Positions 1-13,213 of a DNA stretch of 64,000 nucleotides are shown piece after piece. The stretch is from assembly GCF_006345805.1 (NCBI RefSeq), contig NC_042999.1:26784001-26848000 (forward strand). The letters are read 5' to 3'. Source of the DNA: Octopus sinensis (taxonomy: Eukaryota). Numbering within the stretch: the first letter of the stretch is position 1; each line of letters opens with the position of its first letter. The position numbers and the translations under genes were made by a program. The notes below the pieces were generated by a model. The model did no database searches and was not told the origin of the DNA. It saw nothing but the letters and a program-made list of their open reading frames with translations.

Positions 1-9
1 CATATATAC

Positions 10-40
<31 letters not shown>

Positions 41-290
41 AATAATAAATATTAGGAATATATCCAAATTTACAGGGAAAAAAATCAGATTTAGGATTAA
101 ATCCATTTTATAGTAAAATATTATAAAATATTATTTGAGACAAAACCACTATTTTGCAAAACAAACAAGGAAAGACTTAATCAATACATAAAATTTAATA
201 AATAGTCTATTTTGACTATTTATTAAATTTTATGTATTGATTAAGTCTTTCTTTGTTTGTTTGCAAAATAGTGGTTTTGTCTCAAATAAT
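41..290. mobile_element. Short fold-back repeat element (78-bp-arm hairpin), same family as 19408-19750
   Basis: 130-207 is the reverse complement of 214-290 (few mismatches, loop TATTTT). 41-120 is the reverse complement of ~19670-19750. Flanked by (TA)n. Confidence 0.8.
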
Positions 291-295
291 TTTTA

Positions 296-374
296 TTATA
301 TATATAAATATATATATACATATATAATATACATATATATATATACATATATATATATATACATATATATATAT

Positions 375-417
<43 letters not shown>

Positions 418-464
418 TATATACATCCGTATCTACGTATGTGCGTACGTATGCACACACACAT

Positions 465-496
<32 letters not shown>

Positions 497-500
497 GTAG
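296..500. repeat. Compound (TA)n/(CA)n microsatellite
   Basis: Direct reading; source of the spurious Y/I/H/T-rich ORFs. Confidence 0.95.
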
Positions 501-653
501 TAATTTTATATTTGCGTATACACCTTGTAGTATGCCGCTTAAAGACCGTTCACTGTATTCGGCTATCTGGTGTCATGAACAGTATGTATTTAAATGACAC
601 TGGATATACTTCAGGTGAGACACCTGTCTGCATGGTTATCTATTCCGTGTGTG

Positions 654-699
<46 letters not shown>

Positions 700-754
700 A
701 AGAGCTTTAGCATACGTATGTGGACATGTCTGTACACATATATATATATATATA

Positions 755-1025
755 TATACACATAAGCATAAACGCATAAAATAATATTCACCTATCAGTA
801 TTTCGAGTATATAGGTATCTGTTGACAGCCCGATGTCTCTTCCAGTTATAGTCAGATTGTAAGAAATTACTCTCATTTTCAAGAGCTTCCAGCTTGAGAG
901 TAATTTTTCTTCTTTATTGTTAACACTCCACTGTGTAAATTCTGCCGCGTCAATGAGTTTGTGTTATTATACTCCGCTTGCTGCAGTCATTTTTTTATCG
1001 TATTTTTATGTTTGTGTGTGAGGGT

Positions 1026-1058
<33 letters not shown>

Positions 1059-1357
1059 GTGTGTGTGTGTGTGTGTGTGTGTGCGTGCGTATGAATTTGT
1101 ATACATAAATTAGTTGATGTGGAATTATAAATCGATCAAGAGTAAGTAGATTTCTACACATTGAAACCAATCTGACTTCAATGGCGACCATATGAAAGAG
1201 TTACTTTAACAAATATAAAAGAATCGTCAACGACGCACATTTAATGCCTCAGGCAAAGGTGTAGCGACATAGACATTGGGCTGTCAACAGATACCTATAT
1301 AATCGAAATACTAATAGGTGAATATGATTTTATGTGTTTATGCTTCTGTGTGTATAT
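755..1357. mobile_element. Inverted-repeat element (~85-bp imperfect arms 755-838 / 1271-1357) with internal (TG)n
   Basis: ...ATTCACCTATCAGTATTTCGAGTATATAGGTATCTGTTGACAGCCCGATGTCT vs AGACATTGGGCTGTCAACAGATACCTATATAATCGAAATACTAATAGGTGAAT; internal hairpin GAAATTACTCTCA/TGAGAGTAATTT at ~865-908. Confidence 0.7.
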
Positions 1358-2169
1358 ACAAATAATTTGTTGCCTCATGAATATAGAAAAAGCCTAGAGT
1401 CAGTATGAATGGCTGTTTGTGATCTATGATTTGTCTTTCGTTCCATCCATGCTTGTTTTATTGTTTGATGGTTACATTTAACGTGTTCCATTATCCGCGT
1501 AATGCATAGTATTTGATTCCCTCATTTACTGTTATTCTTATATTCTTCTGTTCTTTGTAATTCGATATATTAGTTACACAAAAAGTGTTCTTCAATTTAA
1601 CTCAAGCTACCTGTATACACAGTGTACAGGTAGCAAAAGACAACGACCAACAAAATAAGTAACAAGGCAGTGCGATCGTTTCAAATAATTCCATTTAATT
1701 GAACAATGCTATCATTACATCAATTTAAATGCGGAGCAATTCTCAGCTGCATAAAGACATAGAATTTAATTAGATTAAAACAGATGGACACATTAGTATA
1801 ATTTTACCTAAAATATCCAAGAAGGGAAGGAAATAGACAAAGAACATGCTGTCTTCACTTCAGTTTAGAAGCTACTGAGGTATCAGGAAGAAAGATTTGT
1901 TACAGATTTTGCTTGTCACTGTTTTATGGGGTCAGCTTTAATTTATGGACTAGTTTATCAAATCTTTGTATATCTAAGACCAAAAGAACAAGGAGCAGTG
2001 TCTGTTAGCAAAGAAGCTGAAGGAGTCGACAGAAGCCATAGTGAGTATAGTCATAAAAAAACTATCAAGATTTATTTGAAGCAATATCATGAGATTTGGT
2101 AAAGGAAATCTTAAATCAAAATGTTAGCTGACAATTAAAATGGCAAGCCACTAGTAGACTATTCATTAT

Positions 2170-2765
2170 GAATAAGGGAAATTTTATCATGGATACTGAA
2201 GTTAGATATTTTAAACAATATTGCTAAGGTGTTCTACCCTACCTGATCATTTTAATACTTCTTAATACTTTATAATTGGCTTTAGATAAACCTAAATTTT
2301 TGTACCCATATAAATTCATACTTAGCTTATATAAAACAATATGGGTATCTTCAAACTTAAAAATAAACTACTTAAATAACACTTTGATTAAAATATAGTT
2401 AGCTTGTTCTTTCGCCTCAATGCTAAATCTTCTAAATAACCCTACATTTTAACTTTATACAATATGGCTATATTGTTTAAAATAGTTTATTTATCCCTTT
2501 CTTAAACTGTTCCACCCTCCTGATCTTAGTATTGATATTGCCCTTTATATAAGTAGCCCTTCTAATAAAGTACTCCCAAGAAACTATAATATCATGTACT
2601 GATCATTTTATTATTTTATAATAGCCTTTAATAAATCTAATTTTTGTACCCCAATAAATTCATACTTAGATTATATAAAACAATACCGGTATCTCCACAA
2701 CGTAAAATAAACTGATTAGATTATAATTTATTTGTAGTATAGTTAACATGTTCATTAGCCTCCTG
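2170..2765. repeat. Old AT-rich dispersed repeat with diverged internal duplication (~2250-2420 vs ~2600-2765)
   Basis: Shared TTTTTGTACCC..ATAAATTCATACTTAG.TTATATAAAACAATA..GGTATCT; reverse-complement similarity to 32200-32290 and 32700-32770. Confidence 0.55.
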
Positions 2766-3182
2766 GACAGGGTGACGTGTTGTATTCTTGGGTAAAACAC
2801 TTCAATTTACTCTACCCCAGTTTACCCACCTGGTGAAAATGAATAATCCTTTAACAAAACGGCTTCATGAGTCTATATGATTCGGAAAGGATCTTTATTA
2901 AACTTTTGTTTTAAAAAAATATTTATAATTATGAATGTATGTATGTAGTGTTCCAGAGACTCAAATGGAAAGGGTAGTTACTGCTGAAGTACTTTTGAAC
3001 TGAGATGGCTCAATGAAGCAACTATGAAGGAACAGCAGCTACAACAACGTAAAATACAATGTAATTTCACTTGGTCGTGTTTACAATTATAAGAAATAGG
3101 AACGGCGTATACACACTTTCTTCTTTAGTATAGTCATTGGTTTCAAATTTTGGTACAAGCTCTGCAGTCTGTGGAGAGGTTA

Positions 3183-3348
3183 TAAGTCGATTACATCGAC
3201 ACCACTGCTCAACTGGTATTCTATAGACTCCGAAAGGAGGTGAGGCAAAGTCGAACTCGGTCAAAGTTGAACTTAGAACGTCTAAACGGCCGAAACACCG
3301 CTAAGCATTTTCCTCGGTATTCTAATGATTCCACCAGCTTGCCGCCTT
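3183..3348 (-). mobile_element. tRNA-derived SINE, family B (diverged)
   Basis: Reverse complement begins AAGGCGGCAAGCTGGTGGAATCATTAG and contains GACTTTGCCTCACCTCCTTTCGGAGTC, matching 18622-18853. Confidence 0.75.
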
Positions 3349-5113
3349 ACTTTAGCATATTTATTATCAACAATATTTTCACGTAAATAATAATTTTCAC
3401 TTTAAGTAAAATGTTACATATTTTGGCTTCCATACTTATCTGATACTAACTTATAAAGGGTTAAATAATAAACATGAACTTAAATTATCTATTAACCACA
3501 TCAAGATAGATTTCGTTTTCTACTATCGCTCACAATCCATTCGACTCTATTGCTATATTCCTGTTAATACATTTATCAAGTTCAAACTTTTTCTGAGAAA
3601 CTCAAGAAATAATATCAATATCTTCATTTGACATTATTTGCTTCAAGTATATCTAAGAAATCTTTAAAAGGTTACGTTATCTTTCCAGGAGAAAACAAAT
3701 GCTATCTTATCGATTAAATTTAATGACTGGGGAAGAACTCCAAGACGAAAAGGTAAAATGTTAAGTGGTTTACGCATGAAGAATCTCATATTTACACCAG
3801 TCTATATGCTTAATCATTCAAGTAATTAAATTCCCAAATGTTTATTTTTGATACTAATCGACATTAGGGCAACTTACCAAAATGTGAAGTTATATCGAGA
3901 TTAAGATGTTGACGTTATATTACAAGTGTGCGGTAGTTATGAACAATGCTGAGAGCATAACACAGGCTTTACAAGCTTTCACTTCATTTACTTTAGCTAT
4001 ATCTTATGATTTAAATTGCTGGCAAAATGTCAGAAACTAAACTTACACTTAGGTATAATTCTATTGCCTATCATTCATATAACATTTATAGAAACATTAG
4101 ATGAATTATATAGTTTAGAATATACATAGCAACAAAAGTATGTTATTTCATAAACACAAAACAGATTAAATCAAACTTTTGCTCGACACTATAGCTCATT
4201 GGATTAATAAGAAAGATGGATTGAATTAAAATGTGACCTAGAGCCAATTATATATCAAGAGATAGCAGACATTAAACGATTTCAGTGTTGCGTTAATAAG
4301 GTCTCTTTATGTCTTATACAGTAACATTGAACACTTTCACACGAACTCACCCAAACGTACGTACATACTCACATGCTTTCACTTTCACTACACTTACGTG
4401 TGTCAGTGCATAGTGTCAGTGTCTTGTGCCTCAACTGATGGGGCATCTCTATAATCAAAGATATTTCAGTCATGTTTTATATCTACAGTAACATTTTTGA
4501 TGGAATACCTCCTGTTTTGTTGACAATAAATTTTGATCTGACTGACATTGGGTCGTTGAACTTAGGAGATGAAAACAACGAGAATAGGTTTCAGCTATTA
4601 CAATTAATCCGTTCACTCTCATTTTATTTTAAAACATTCAGTTAAAAACATGAAAGCTTGTAGAAATATAATTTTGAAATAAAGCTATTTCATGAATTAT
4701 ACATAGACTAGGTTTCTTAATATTTACAACCCCATTTTTCAAACTATCGATCGTATCTCGAAGCGCTGCACAAGTGAGTCACTAAGAAAACTCTGTATAA
4801 TATTTAAATATATTCAATAATTCTACTTTTCTTCTTTTTGCCACGTCAGATCACCGAAGAGTAATTGGCGACACCTTTGAAGTGTTGTAATTCATACATA
4901 GAATAACAACAGGAAACACACAGCTGGTTTCCCGTTGCTATCCCAAAAGTATTTTTAGAGAAGACTAAATATTATAATTTACAAAGAGAAACGTCAGTCT
5001 CACAAGCCTAAGTGCGTAAAGAACCGGAAGAAATATTGCTAAGCACTTCGAAAAACGGTCTAAATTTTTTGTCTATCCATGACAAAACTTTCTTTCTTCT
5101 TCCACATGCACAT

Positions 5114-5318
5114 TCTTCTTCTTCTTCTTCTTCTTCTTCTTCTTCTTCTTCTTCTTCTTCTTCTTCTTCTTCTTCTTCTTCTTCTCTTCTTCTCTTCTTC
5201 TTCTCTTCTTCTCCTCCTTCTCCTCCTTCTCCTCCTTCTCCTCTTCTCCTCCTTCTTCTTCTACTTCTTCTTCTTCTTCTCCTCCTTCTCCTCCTTCTCC
5301 TCCTCCTCCTTCTTCTTC

Positions 5319-5350
<32 letters not shown>

Positions 5351-5395
5351 CTTCTTCTTCTCCTCCTTCTTCTCCGCCTTCTTCTTCTTCTTCAC
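5114..5395. repeat. (TTC)n/(CTC)n trinucleotide microsatellite
   Basis: Direct reading; explains the poly-S/L/F ORFs. Confidence 0.95.
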
Positions 5396-7487
5396 TTCTC
5401 TCATTCGCAATTTATAGTTGTTTTTACATTTCCCTTCCCCTCCATCTCCACTTACATCATAGCCTTCTACACCTTATTCAACGGGCAGTGGAAATGTTAG
5501 TTGTAATTTGAATGAATATTATAAAAAGATACCTGCCAATATAAAGTTAACGATCCATGAACAGAGTATGTATGGGTCTATGCATCTACGTATGTATGTA
5601 TGTAGTATGTATGTATGTATGTATGTATGTATGTATGTATGTATGTACGCAATTAAGTACTACTGATAAATTCTGCACTCAATATAAAACAAAAGAATGG
5701 AGATATTTTTAAAAAATAATAAAAGTTTGACGTCATTGTAATTACCTTTTTTATGTGTATTACATCCCAAACTTACGTGTGTCCTAAGAAAGCTACATGC
5801 TGCAGCTTTTCGCCCGAAAACTATCTCTTTTAAGACGTATAGTATCATAAAACACAACAGATTTCAGACCTTGGAGAAACGAAATCGATTCGGAAACCAC
5901 TAAGTGAGGAATTGTGTGACACTAGCATTTCGAATCAACCGTGAAATTACGTATCTCTCGATGTTGCATCTGACGTATCTTCTGTTCTTTATACCATACG
6001 CCAATAAAGGATTGCTTCATGGAGGAAAATTGTGGCATCTCGCGTTTCTCCAGCACATGTAAGTTAAGTATGTTATAGAGAAAGCGATTTCTGTATAACT
6101 CTTAGAGCTGCTTCTATTACTTAAGCCGGCGTTTATCCTACTGATGCGGTGCCATTTCAAATCAGTGTTTTCTTTATATACTATCGCCATATACTTCAGA
6201 CTGGCTGATTCATTTCTTTTTTAGGAAATGACACGTAAATGCAACTCTGACAAGCCCCAACAACAGTGAACCTTGTATCTGTGGCATTCCTAGTCGATTT
6301 TGGAGCGATTTCGTTTCGTCTCTCTCTTTTTTCTCATTCCTTGTCTCTGAATTTTATTTTGTGTATTTTAACAATGCGTCAATAAATGCAGTTTTCTCGG
6401 ACGTTTGAATTTTCAACTATACGCGGTTTGAGTATATCATATAGATAAACATTTAACTCTATAGCTCTTTCTGTCGAATAATGTGTGCGCATGTATGTGT
6501 GTGTTTATGCGTGTTATAGTGTATATAAAGGGGAGTACTTGGAAGTGTGTCGTCGGGAAGTACAGCTGCCTGTTCACAGTTTTCTTTGTATCTTTGTAGA
6601 ATTAAAGGAAGAAGATTCTATATATTTTGCGTTCTACACGTATATTTTTGTAACTTCTAATCTGTATTGAAGCACGAGGAATTAAAAGTATGTGTGTGTG
6701 TGTGTATGTGTGTTATGTTATTACTATTACTTTCTGTTGAATGTATGGTTTCAAACTAGCGTGTAGCAAATCTGTTATGCATTTAATTCATATGAAGCCT
6801 TCAGTTTGCTAAGTAGAAACAATTAAACATTCTTGTTAAGTAATCTATTCCGTCAGATATATTTCCGCAGCTTAGGATAAAACAGTGAGTATTTGGACTA
6901 GAAACTACCTTTTGAACACATTAACTTAGTGCCCCAATGTTTATCAAATGGAAAACATTCTTTTTCTCTTAATCATTCTTATTGAATTGCTATTTATATT
7001 AATGGGTTTAGATATTGATACATTGCAGTTAATTTATCGATATTAAGTTGAAGAAGTTAATAATTGTAATATTTTAATAGCATTTCGACGATATTGCATT
7101 TCTGAACACCACCCCGAACCTCAATACATTTATCATAGTTATTTATAGTCATTGCATATCATATTCAATATCATTTTGTCAAAGAGAGTTATTCATTGAA
7201 AGTTTTGTTTTATGTAAGAGATATGTCAAATCAATTTCTCTATGAATGAAGTAATAATATCTATCAGGAAGTTTTATTTGATGCCCCCGTCTTTTGAAAG
7301 TTTAATGCTTTCGTGTCTCTATCTTTACTGAAGTTGAACTGATTGAAGTGATGATAGGTGTAATGAAACATTAGAAGAAACTATGGCTTTACATTCTAAA
7401 ATCTTTATTTAATAAAGTCTTAGTGTGAGAATTTATCTGTCTTTCTATCTCTCGATTTATTTATGGATGCATTCATTATGTACGAGC

Positions 7488-7592
7488 GTATGTATGTATG
7501 TATGTATGTATGTATGTATGTATGTATGTATGTATGTATGTATGTATGTATGTATGTATGTATGTATGTATGTACGTACGTATGTGTGTATG

Positions 7593-7626
<34 letters not shown>

Positions 7627-7635
7627 TGCATGTAT
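7488..7635. repeat. (TATG)n microsatellite (also at 5590-5646 and 7930-8002)
   Basis: Direct reading. Confidence 0.95.
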
Positions 7636-7948
7636 GTTAAACAATTGGGAGTGAAGGACTCCTAGCCTTTGTTAGGGCATATTTCTAGGAGAAAGTAACT
7701 CAGGTAACTGGGATAACTCCGACATAAAATCTGCGGCTCAGTGGTTACCGATGATGTTGACTTGTTCTTCTTTTCGGATTATGGCTGATGTTGCTTAGTG
7801 AGTGGGATTGACTCAGTGCACAGTCTTTCCTCACTTTAAAAAAAAGTCTTCTTGCACAGGCATTGCACGATAACAACATTGATTGAGTTTCGTGCAATGG
7901 TCATACTCGATAACGAGGGGGCAGCCACCATGTATGTCTGTCTGTATG

Positions 7949-7982
<34 letters not shown>

Positions 7983-9102
7983 TCCATGTACGTATGTATG
8001 TCTGTGACCGGGGAAGACCATTGTTGACCTTCAGGAACATTGTGCGCTCTAGGTCTAACTTATATTTTGCGCGGCTAATGAGCCCTGCTCTTGATAAGCA
8101 TAGACGACGGAAAACATTGCAAACCAAGCTTTCCCCATTCACTACACCAGCAGTGCGCTTTCGAGCAGCACACTGAAGTTCTTTATGTAAAATAGTGCTC
8201 TCTCAAAGGTGCCGACCCCTTCCTTAACCTGGGAAAAGGAAACACGATATATACATGTATGTGTGTGTTTGTGGTGTGCGTACGTGCGTGCGTATGTGTG
8301 TAGAAGATCGGAAAAAACTTCACTAGTTATATGTATAAGTAAAATAAGACAAGGTTGAAAATGCTAAAATAATTTTATCATGAAGTAAATTTTAGTACCG
8401 GTTTCAGCCTTTGCGAGCAAAGCGTGAAAAACAGATGTGGAAAAATTAAATGAAATGTCTTTTAAAAAATATTTTCATAGTCTTCAAATGCAAGAGATAT
8501 TTTCCCTTTTTTTCTGCCTGACACTGTCTCCCTTTTTTATTCATGTGAAACCTTGGTAGTAGGTAGAAGTTAGTAGTAGTCCTAATATTTGAAATGAATT
8601 CTTGGTTTTGATTGTTTAGGCACCAGTAGGAGACGACGACAACGAAGAAGAAGAAGAAGGAGAAGGAGAAGGAGAAGAAGAAGAAGAAGAAATGCGTCTG
8701 TGGTATGACTGTAGTAGGATGTTGATGGAATCCTCTTAAATGGTAAAGTGAACTGTTGTTGTCATTGTAGTGATTGAAACTGTTCTGAATAAATTCATGA
8801 GTAGTCACTGTTCTGAATATATAGTATTTAATATTTGCGTAATTATTATTCTAAGGCCTTCCAAAAGTGTCATTTGTGGAAGACGTATTCAAAAGCAGCT
8901 GTTTGTTTGTGGTGCAAAAGTCGATGTGTAAGCTGAATGCAATTTTTCTGTATTCCCGAATTTTGACCTGGGATCTATGTAGAGCCATCCTTTGACGTAG
9001 ACTGTGTTTTTGGTTAGGTCTATGTATTGCTCTCGACACCAAAAGCAAGTTAATACATATATTAGGTTCTCCGAGGCACATGTGAAGTTGCTTTTCAGTG
9101 CA

Positions 9103-9187
<85 letters not shown>

Positions 9188-9190
9188 TAT

Positions 9191-9419
9191 GCATGTACAT
9201 GTATGTATTTGTGTGTGTGTATGTATGCATGTGTATAAGATACAGGCTTGAAAGAAACATCTACTCCTCGAAGACAATATCTGAACACAGCCTATGCGTT
9301 GAGTGCAAGCAGTATTGAACCTCTCCGCCAACTCAAAAATTCTCTCCTGATGTTCGTTGTATATTGTTGGAATGATATAATATAATACAATATAATATAA
9401 TATAATATAATATAGTATA

Positions 9420-9486
<67 letters not shown>

Positions 9487-10196
9487 TATGCATGTACATG
9501 TATGTATTTGTGTGTGTGTATGTATGCATGTGTATAAGATACAGGCTTGAAAGAAACATCTACTCCTCGAAGACAATATCTGAACACAGCCTATGCGTTG
9601 AGTGCAAGCAGTATTGAACCTCTCCGCCAACTCAAAAATTCTCTCCTGATGTTCGTTGTATATTGTTGGAATGATATAATATAATACAATATAATATAAT
9701 ATAATATAATATAGTATAATATAATATAATATAATATAATATAATGTAATATATATATGTATATATATATATTATATATATATATGTATATATATACATA
9801 TATATATATAATACATATATATATATATATTATATAATATATATATATATAATATATAATATATATATATATATGCATGTACATGTATGTATTTGTGTGT
9901 GTGTATGTATGCATGTGTATAAGATACAGGCTTGAAAGAAACATCTACTCCTCGAAGACAATATCTGAACACAGCCTATGCGTTGAGTGCAAGCAGTATT
10001 GAACCTCTCCGCCAACTCAAAAATTCTCTCCTGATGTTCGTTGTATATTGTTGGAATGATATAATATAATACAATATAATATAATATATATAATATAATA
10101 TAGTATAATATAATATAATATAATATAATATAATATAATATAATGTAATATATATATGTATATATATATATTATATATATATATGTATATATATAC

Positions 10197-10275
<79 letters not shown>
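9191..10275. repeat. Three-copy composite tandem repeat: ~185-bp core plus (ATAAT)n/(TA)n spacer
   Basis: Core GCATGTACATGTATG...GATACAGGCTTGAAAG...GTTGGAATG starts at 9191, 9490 and 9875 and appears identical. Confidence 0.9.
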
Positions 10276-10284
<9 letters not shown>

Positions 10285-10683
10285 CACACATGTTTATGTA
10301 TACACACAAACACACTCACACAGACACAAATAATCATGAAACAACGAACGATACTTATAAAAGATAAAACTACAATTCAATGACTTCAGGACTTGTTATA
10401 TAATATTTCTAACACATAAAGTCGGTTAATGTTTAATATAGAATAGTATATAGGAAATACTTCTTTGCATACTAGTTCTCTCGGTGTATCTATATAGGCA
10501 GCCAAACATCAAATCAGTCTTTGAAATCTATCGAAAATGGTGGGAAAGTATAAAAAATGGTCTTTTTACGTGTTTCAATGAAAATGCAGATTTTATTATA
10601 AGCTCAACATACGGTGTTTGTTGCAAGCGGATCTTTATTTCTTGTTCACCCTCTTACTCTCTGTTTCCATCTCCATCACCCTG

Positions 10684-10714
<31 letters not shown>

Positions 10715-11065
10715 ACACACACATACACACACATACACACACACACACTCTTCTTATGTCCACATCATATGGACTATGATCGCATCTATTCCATTGCCTT
10801 CTCTTTTCTGCCACTCGTCAGTTGAAGCTATGCAAGTCATCGCTATTGTCACAGCAGCAATCACAGAAGTAAAGCAATATAGAGAATACTTCTCTCAAAC
10901 ACCTACGATAGGAAATACTGCAAGCTCATATTATAATGTTTTTTTTTTTCTCCAGCTTGTCTAACAACAATGATGGGATTGATTACTCCCTCTTATGTTT
11001 GTAATACATGTTTGTATGAATATATATATCTGTAAAATAATATGTGACAATTATTCAATAGTCAA

Positions 11066-11126
11066 GATAAAACTCTGAGTTTCAGATGCCGAGGTGGAAA
11101 TTCACAACACCATCTCTTCGGTTATC
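11066..11126 (-). ncRNA. Type I hammerhead ribozyme-like motif (CCGAAGA core variant) between 33-bp perfect inverted repeats
   Basis: Minus strand reads GATAA-CCGAAGA-GATG..CATC-T-GAAAC-TCAGA-GT-T-TTATC (stem I GATAA/TTATC, stem II GATG/CATC); IR arms 11028-11060 / 11130-11162. Confidence 0.55.
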
Positions 11127-11437
11127 AGATATTGAATAATTGTCACATATTATTTTACAGATAAATTTCCTCTATTTACATAATATTGAGGGCCCTTTCT
11201 TTCTTTTGTTATCTTAACGTTTTTACCAATATATATATATATATATTCATACATGCACATATATATGTACACATATTTAATACACACACACATACACACA
11301 CACACACACACACATATATATACATATATATTGAGAGAGAGAGAGAGAGATAGATAGATATACATACATGCAAATATATAAAGGTAGTAACAGCGCGTCC
11401 TAATCAGAACTGCCAAATTACGTTGGCAAATGGATTT

Positions 11438-11479
<42 letters not shown>

Positions 11480-11494
11480 GTATATATATATATA

Positions 11495-13164
11495 TAATAA
11501 TAAGGGTAAATAATTTCTATAAAGGTTCTTAAAAAACCCACAATTATTTACTGGTAGAATTCGGTATGTAAATATAGCCGATTACCGGCAGGAACTTCTG
11601 TAAATTTCAGTATATATATTGTATATAAGAAAAAGGGACAGGCAACAGGTTGCTTGACCGCATACCGAAAAAATAGAAATAGCAGTCAAGAATGCTTTTT
11701 TCTATCAAAGTGGGACTCCGGGTACGACAAACCCTGTAATTCACATATGCAAAACAGAAGGAATAGATATCGAAAACGAAGTCTGGTGGTTATCTGTGAA
11801 CATCATGTTTCTGGATTATAAACATATTGAATATATATTCCATATATATTTTTGATATATATTTCATATACATTGCATATATATTTCACATCCTTCTTCA
11901 GCACAGCTTTCCATTGAAATAGATTTATCATAGATTTATCAAATGCTACGTACCTCAAACCTTCTGACCATGCGACATCAAAATATTTGAAGAAAGCGAG
12001 CAAAGGCTAAACCTACATAGACGTTTGAATTCGTAAATCTCCCCTCCAAACTTTTGCCATGCGCATTACAAAAATAGTTCCATAGGAGTAGCAACTATTG
12101 GGTTGTCGTAAGGGAGTGAAAAATCCAATTAGTAATATAATAATAAGGGTAAATAATTTCTATAAAGGTTCTTAAAAAAAACACAATTATTTACTGGTAG
12201 AATTCGGTATGTAAATATAGCCGATTACCGGCAGGAACTTCTGTAAAGTTCAGTATATATATTGTATATAAGAAAAAGGGACAGGCAACAGGTTGCTTGA
12301 CCGCATACCGAAAAAATAGAAATAGCAGTCAAGAATGCTTATTTCTATCAAAGTGGGACTCCGGGTACGACAAACCCTGTAATTCACATATGCAAAACAG
12401 AAGGAATAGATATCGAAAACGAAGTCTGGTGGTTATCTGTGAACATCATGTTTCTGGATTATAAACATATTGAATATATATTCCATATATATATTTTGAT
12501 ATATATTTCATATACATTGCATATATATTTCACATCCTTCTTCAGCACAGCTTTCCATTGAAATAGATTTATCATAGATTTATCAAATGCTACGTACCTC
12601 AAACCTTCTGACCATGCGACATCAAAATATTTGAACGAAAGCGAGCAAAGGCTAAACCTACATAGACGTTTGAATTCGTAAATCTTCCCTCCAAAATTTT
12701 GCCATGCGCATTACAAAAATAGTTCCATGGCAACATTTTGGAGGGAAGATTTACGAATTCAAACGTCTATGTAGGTTTAGCCTTTGCTCGCTTTCTTCAA
12801 ATATTTTGATGTCGCATGGTCAGAAGGTTTGAGGTACGTAGCATTTGATAAATCTATGATAAATCTATTTCAATGGAAAGCTGTGCTGAAGAAGGATGTG
12901 AAATATATATGCAATGTATATGAAATATATATCAAAAATATATATGGAATATATATTCAATATGTTTATAATCCAGAAACATGATGTTCACAGGTAACCA
13001 CCAGACTTCGTTTTCGATATCTATTCCTTCTGTTTTGCATATGTGAATTACAGGGTTTGTCGTGCCCGGAGTCCCACTTTGATAGAAATAAGCATTCTTG
13101 ACTGCTATTTCTATTTTTTCGGTATGCGGTCAAGCAACCTGTTGCCCGTCCCTTTTTCTTATAT

Positions 13165-13170
<6 letters not shown>
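11495..13170. mobile_element. 643-bp unit in tandem (11495-12137, 12138-12725) followed by an inverted ~445-bp copy (12726-13170)
   Basis: AAGGGTAAAT at 11502 and 12145; palindrome arms ~12260-12706 / 12726-13170 with a 19-nt spacer; (TA)n on both sides. Confidence 0.92.
12881..12993 (+). ncRNA. Type I hammerhead ribozyme-like motif with long AT-rich loop II (copies on the minus strand at 11794-11906 and 12437-12550)
   Basis: CTGTG-CTGAAGA-AGGAT...ATCCA-GAAAC-ATGAT-GT-T-CACAG; stem I CTGTG/CACAG, stem II GGAT/ATCC closed by an A-A mismatch. Confidence 0.6.

Positions 13171-13213
<43 letters not shown>

Noticed and set aside
237-500. Y/I/C/V/H/T-rich ORFs here and at many other places (e.g. 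8851-10383, 27661-28667, 33417-33836)
   Set aside because: Translations of (TA)n/(TG)n/(TATG)n microsatellites, not genes
5012-5500. 162-aa poly-S/poly-L ORF resembling a membrane protein
   Set aside because: Produced by the (TTC)n/(CTC)n tract
8395-8420. GAAACCGGTA palindrome on the minus strand
   Set aside because: Only the 3' half of an HHR-like motif, with no upstream core or stems
9191-10275. CRISPR-like repeat-spacer appearance
   Set aside because: Repeats are ~185 bp, spacers are microsatellites, there are no cas genes and the context is eukaryotic
11803-12984. Repeated 66-aa ORF MLAFFKYFDVAW...
   Set aside because: It recurs only because the DNA unit is duplicated; no recognisable domain, and it overlaps the HHR motif
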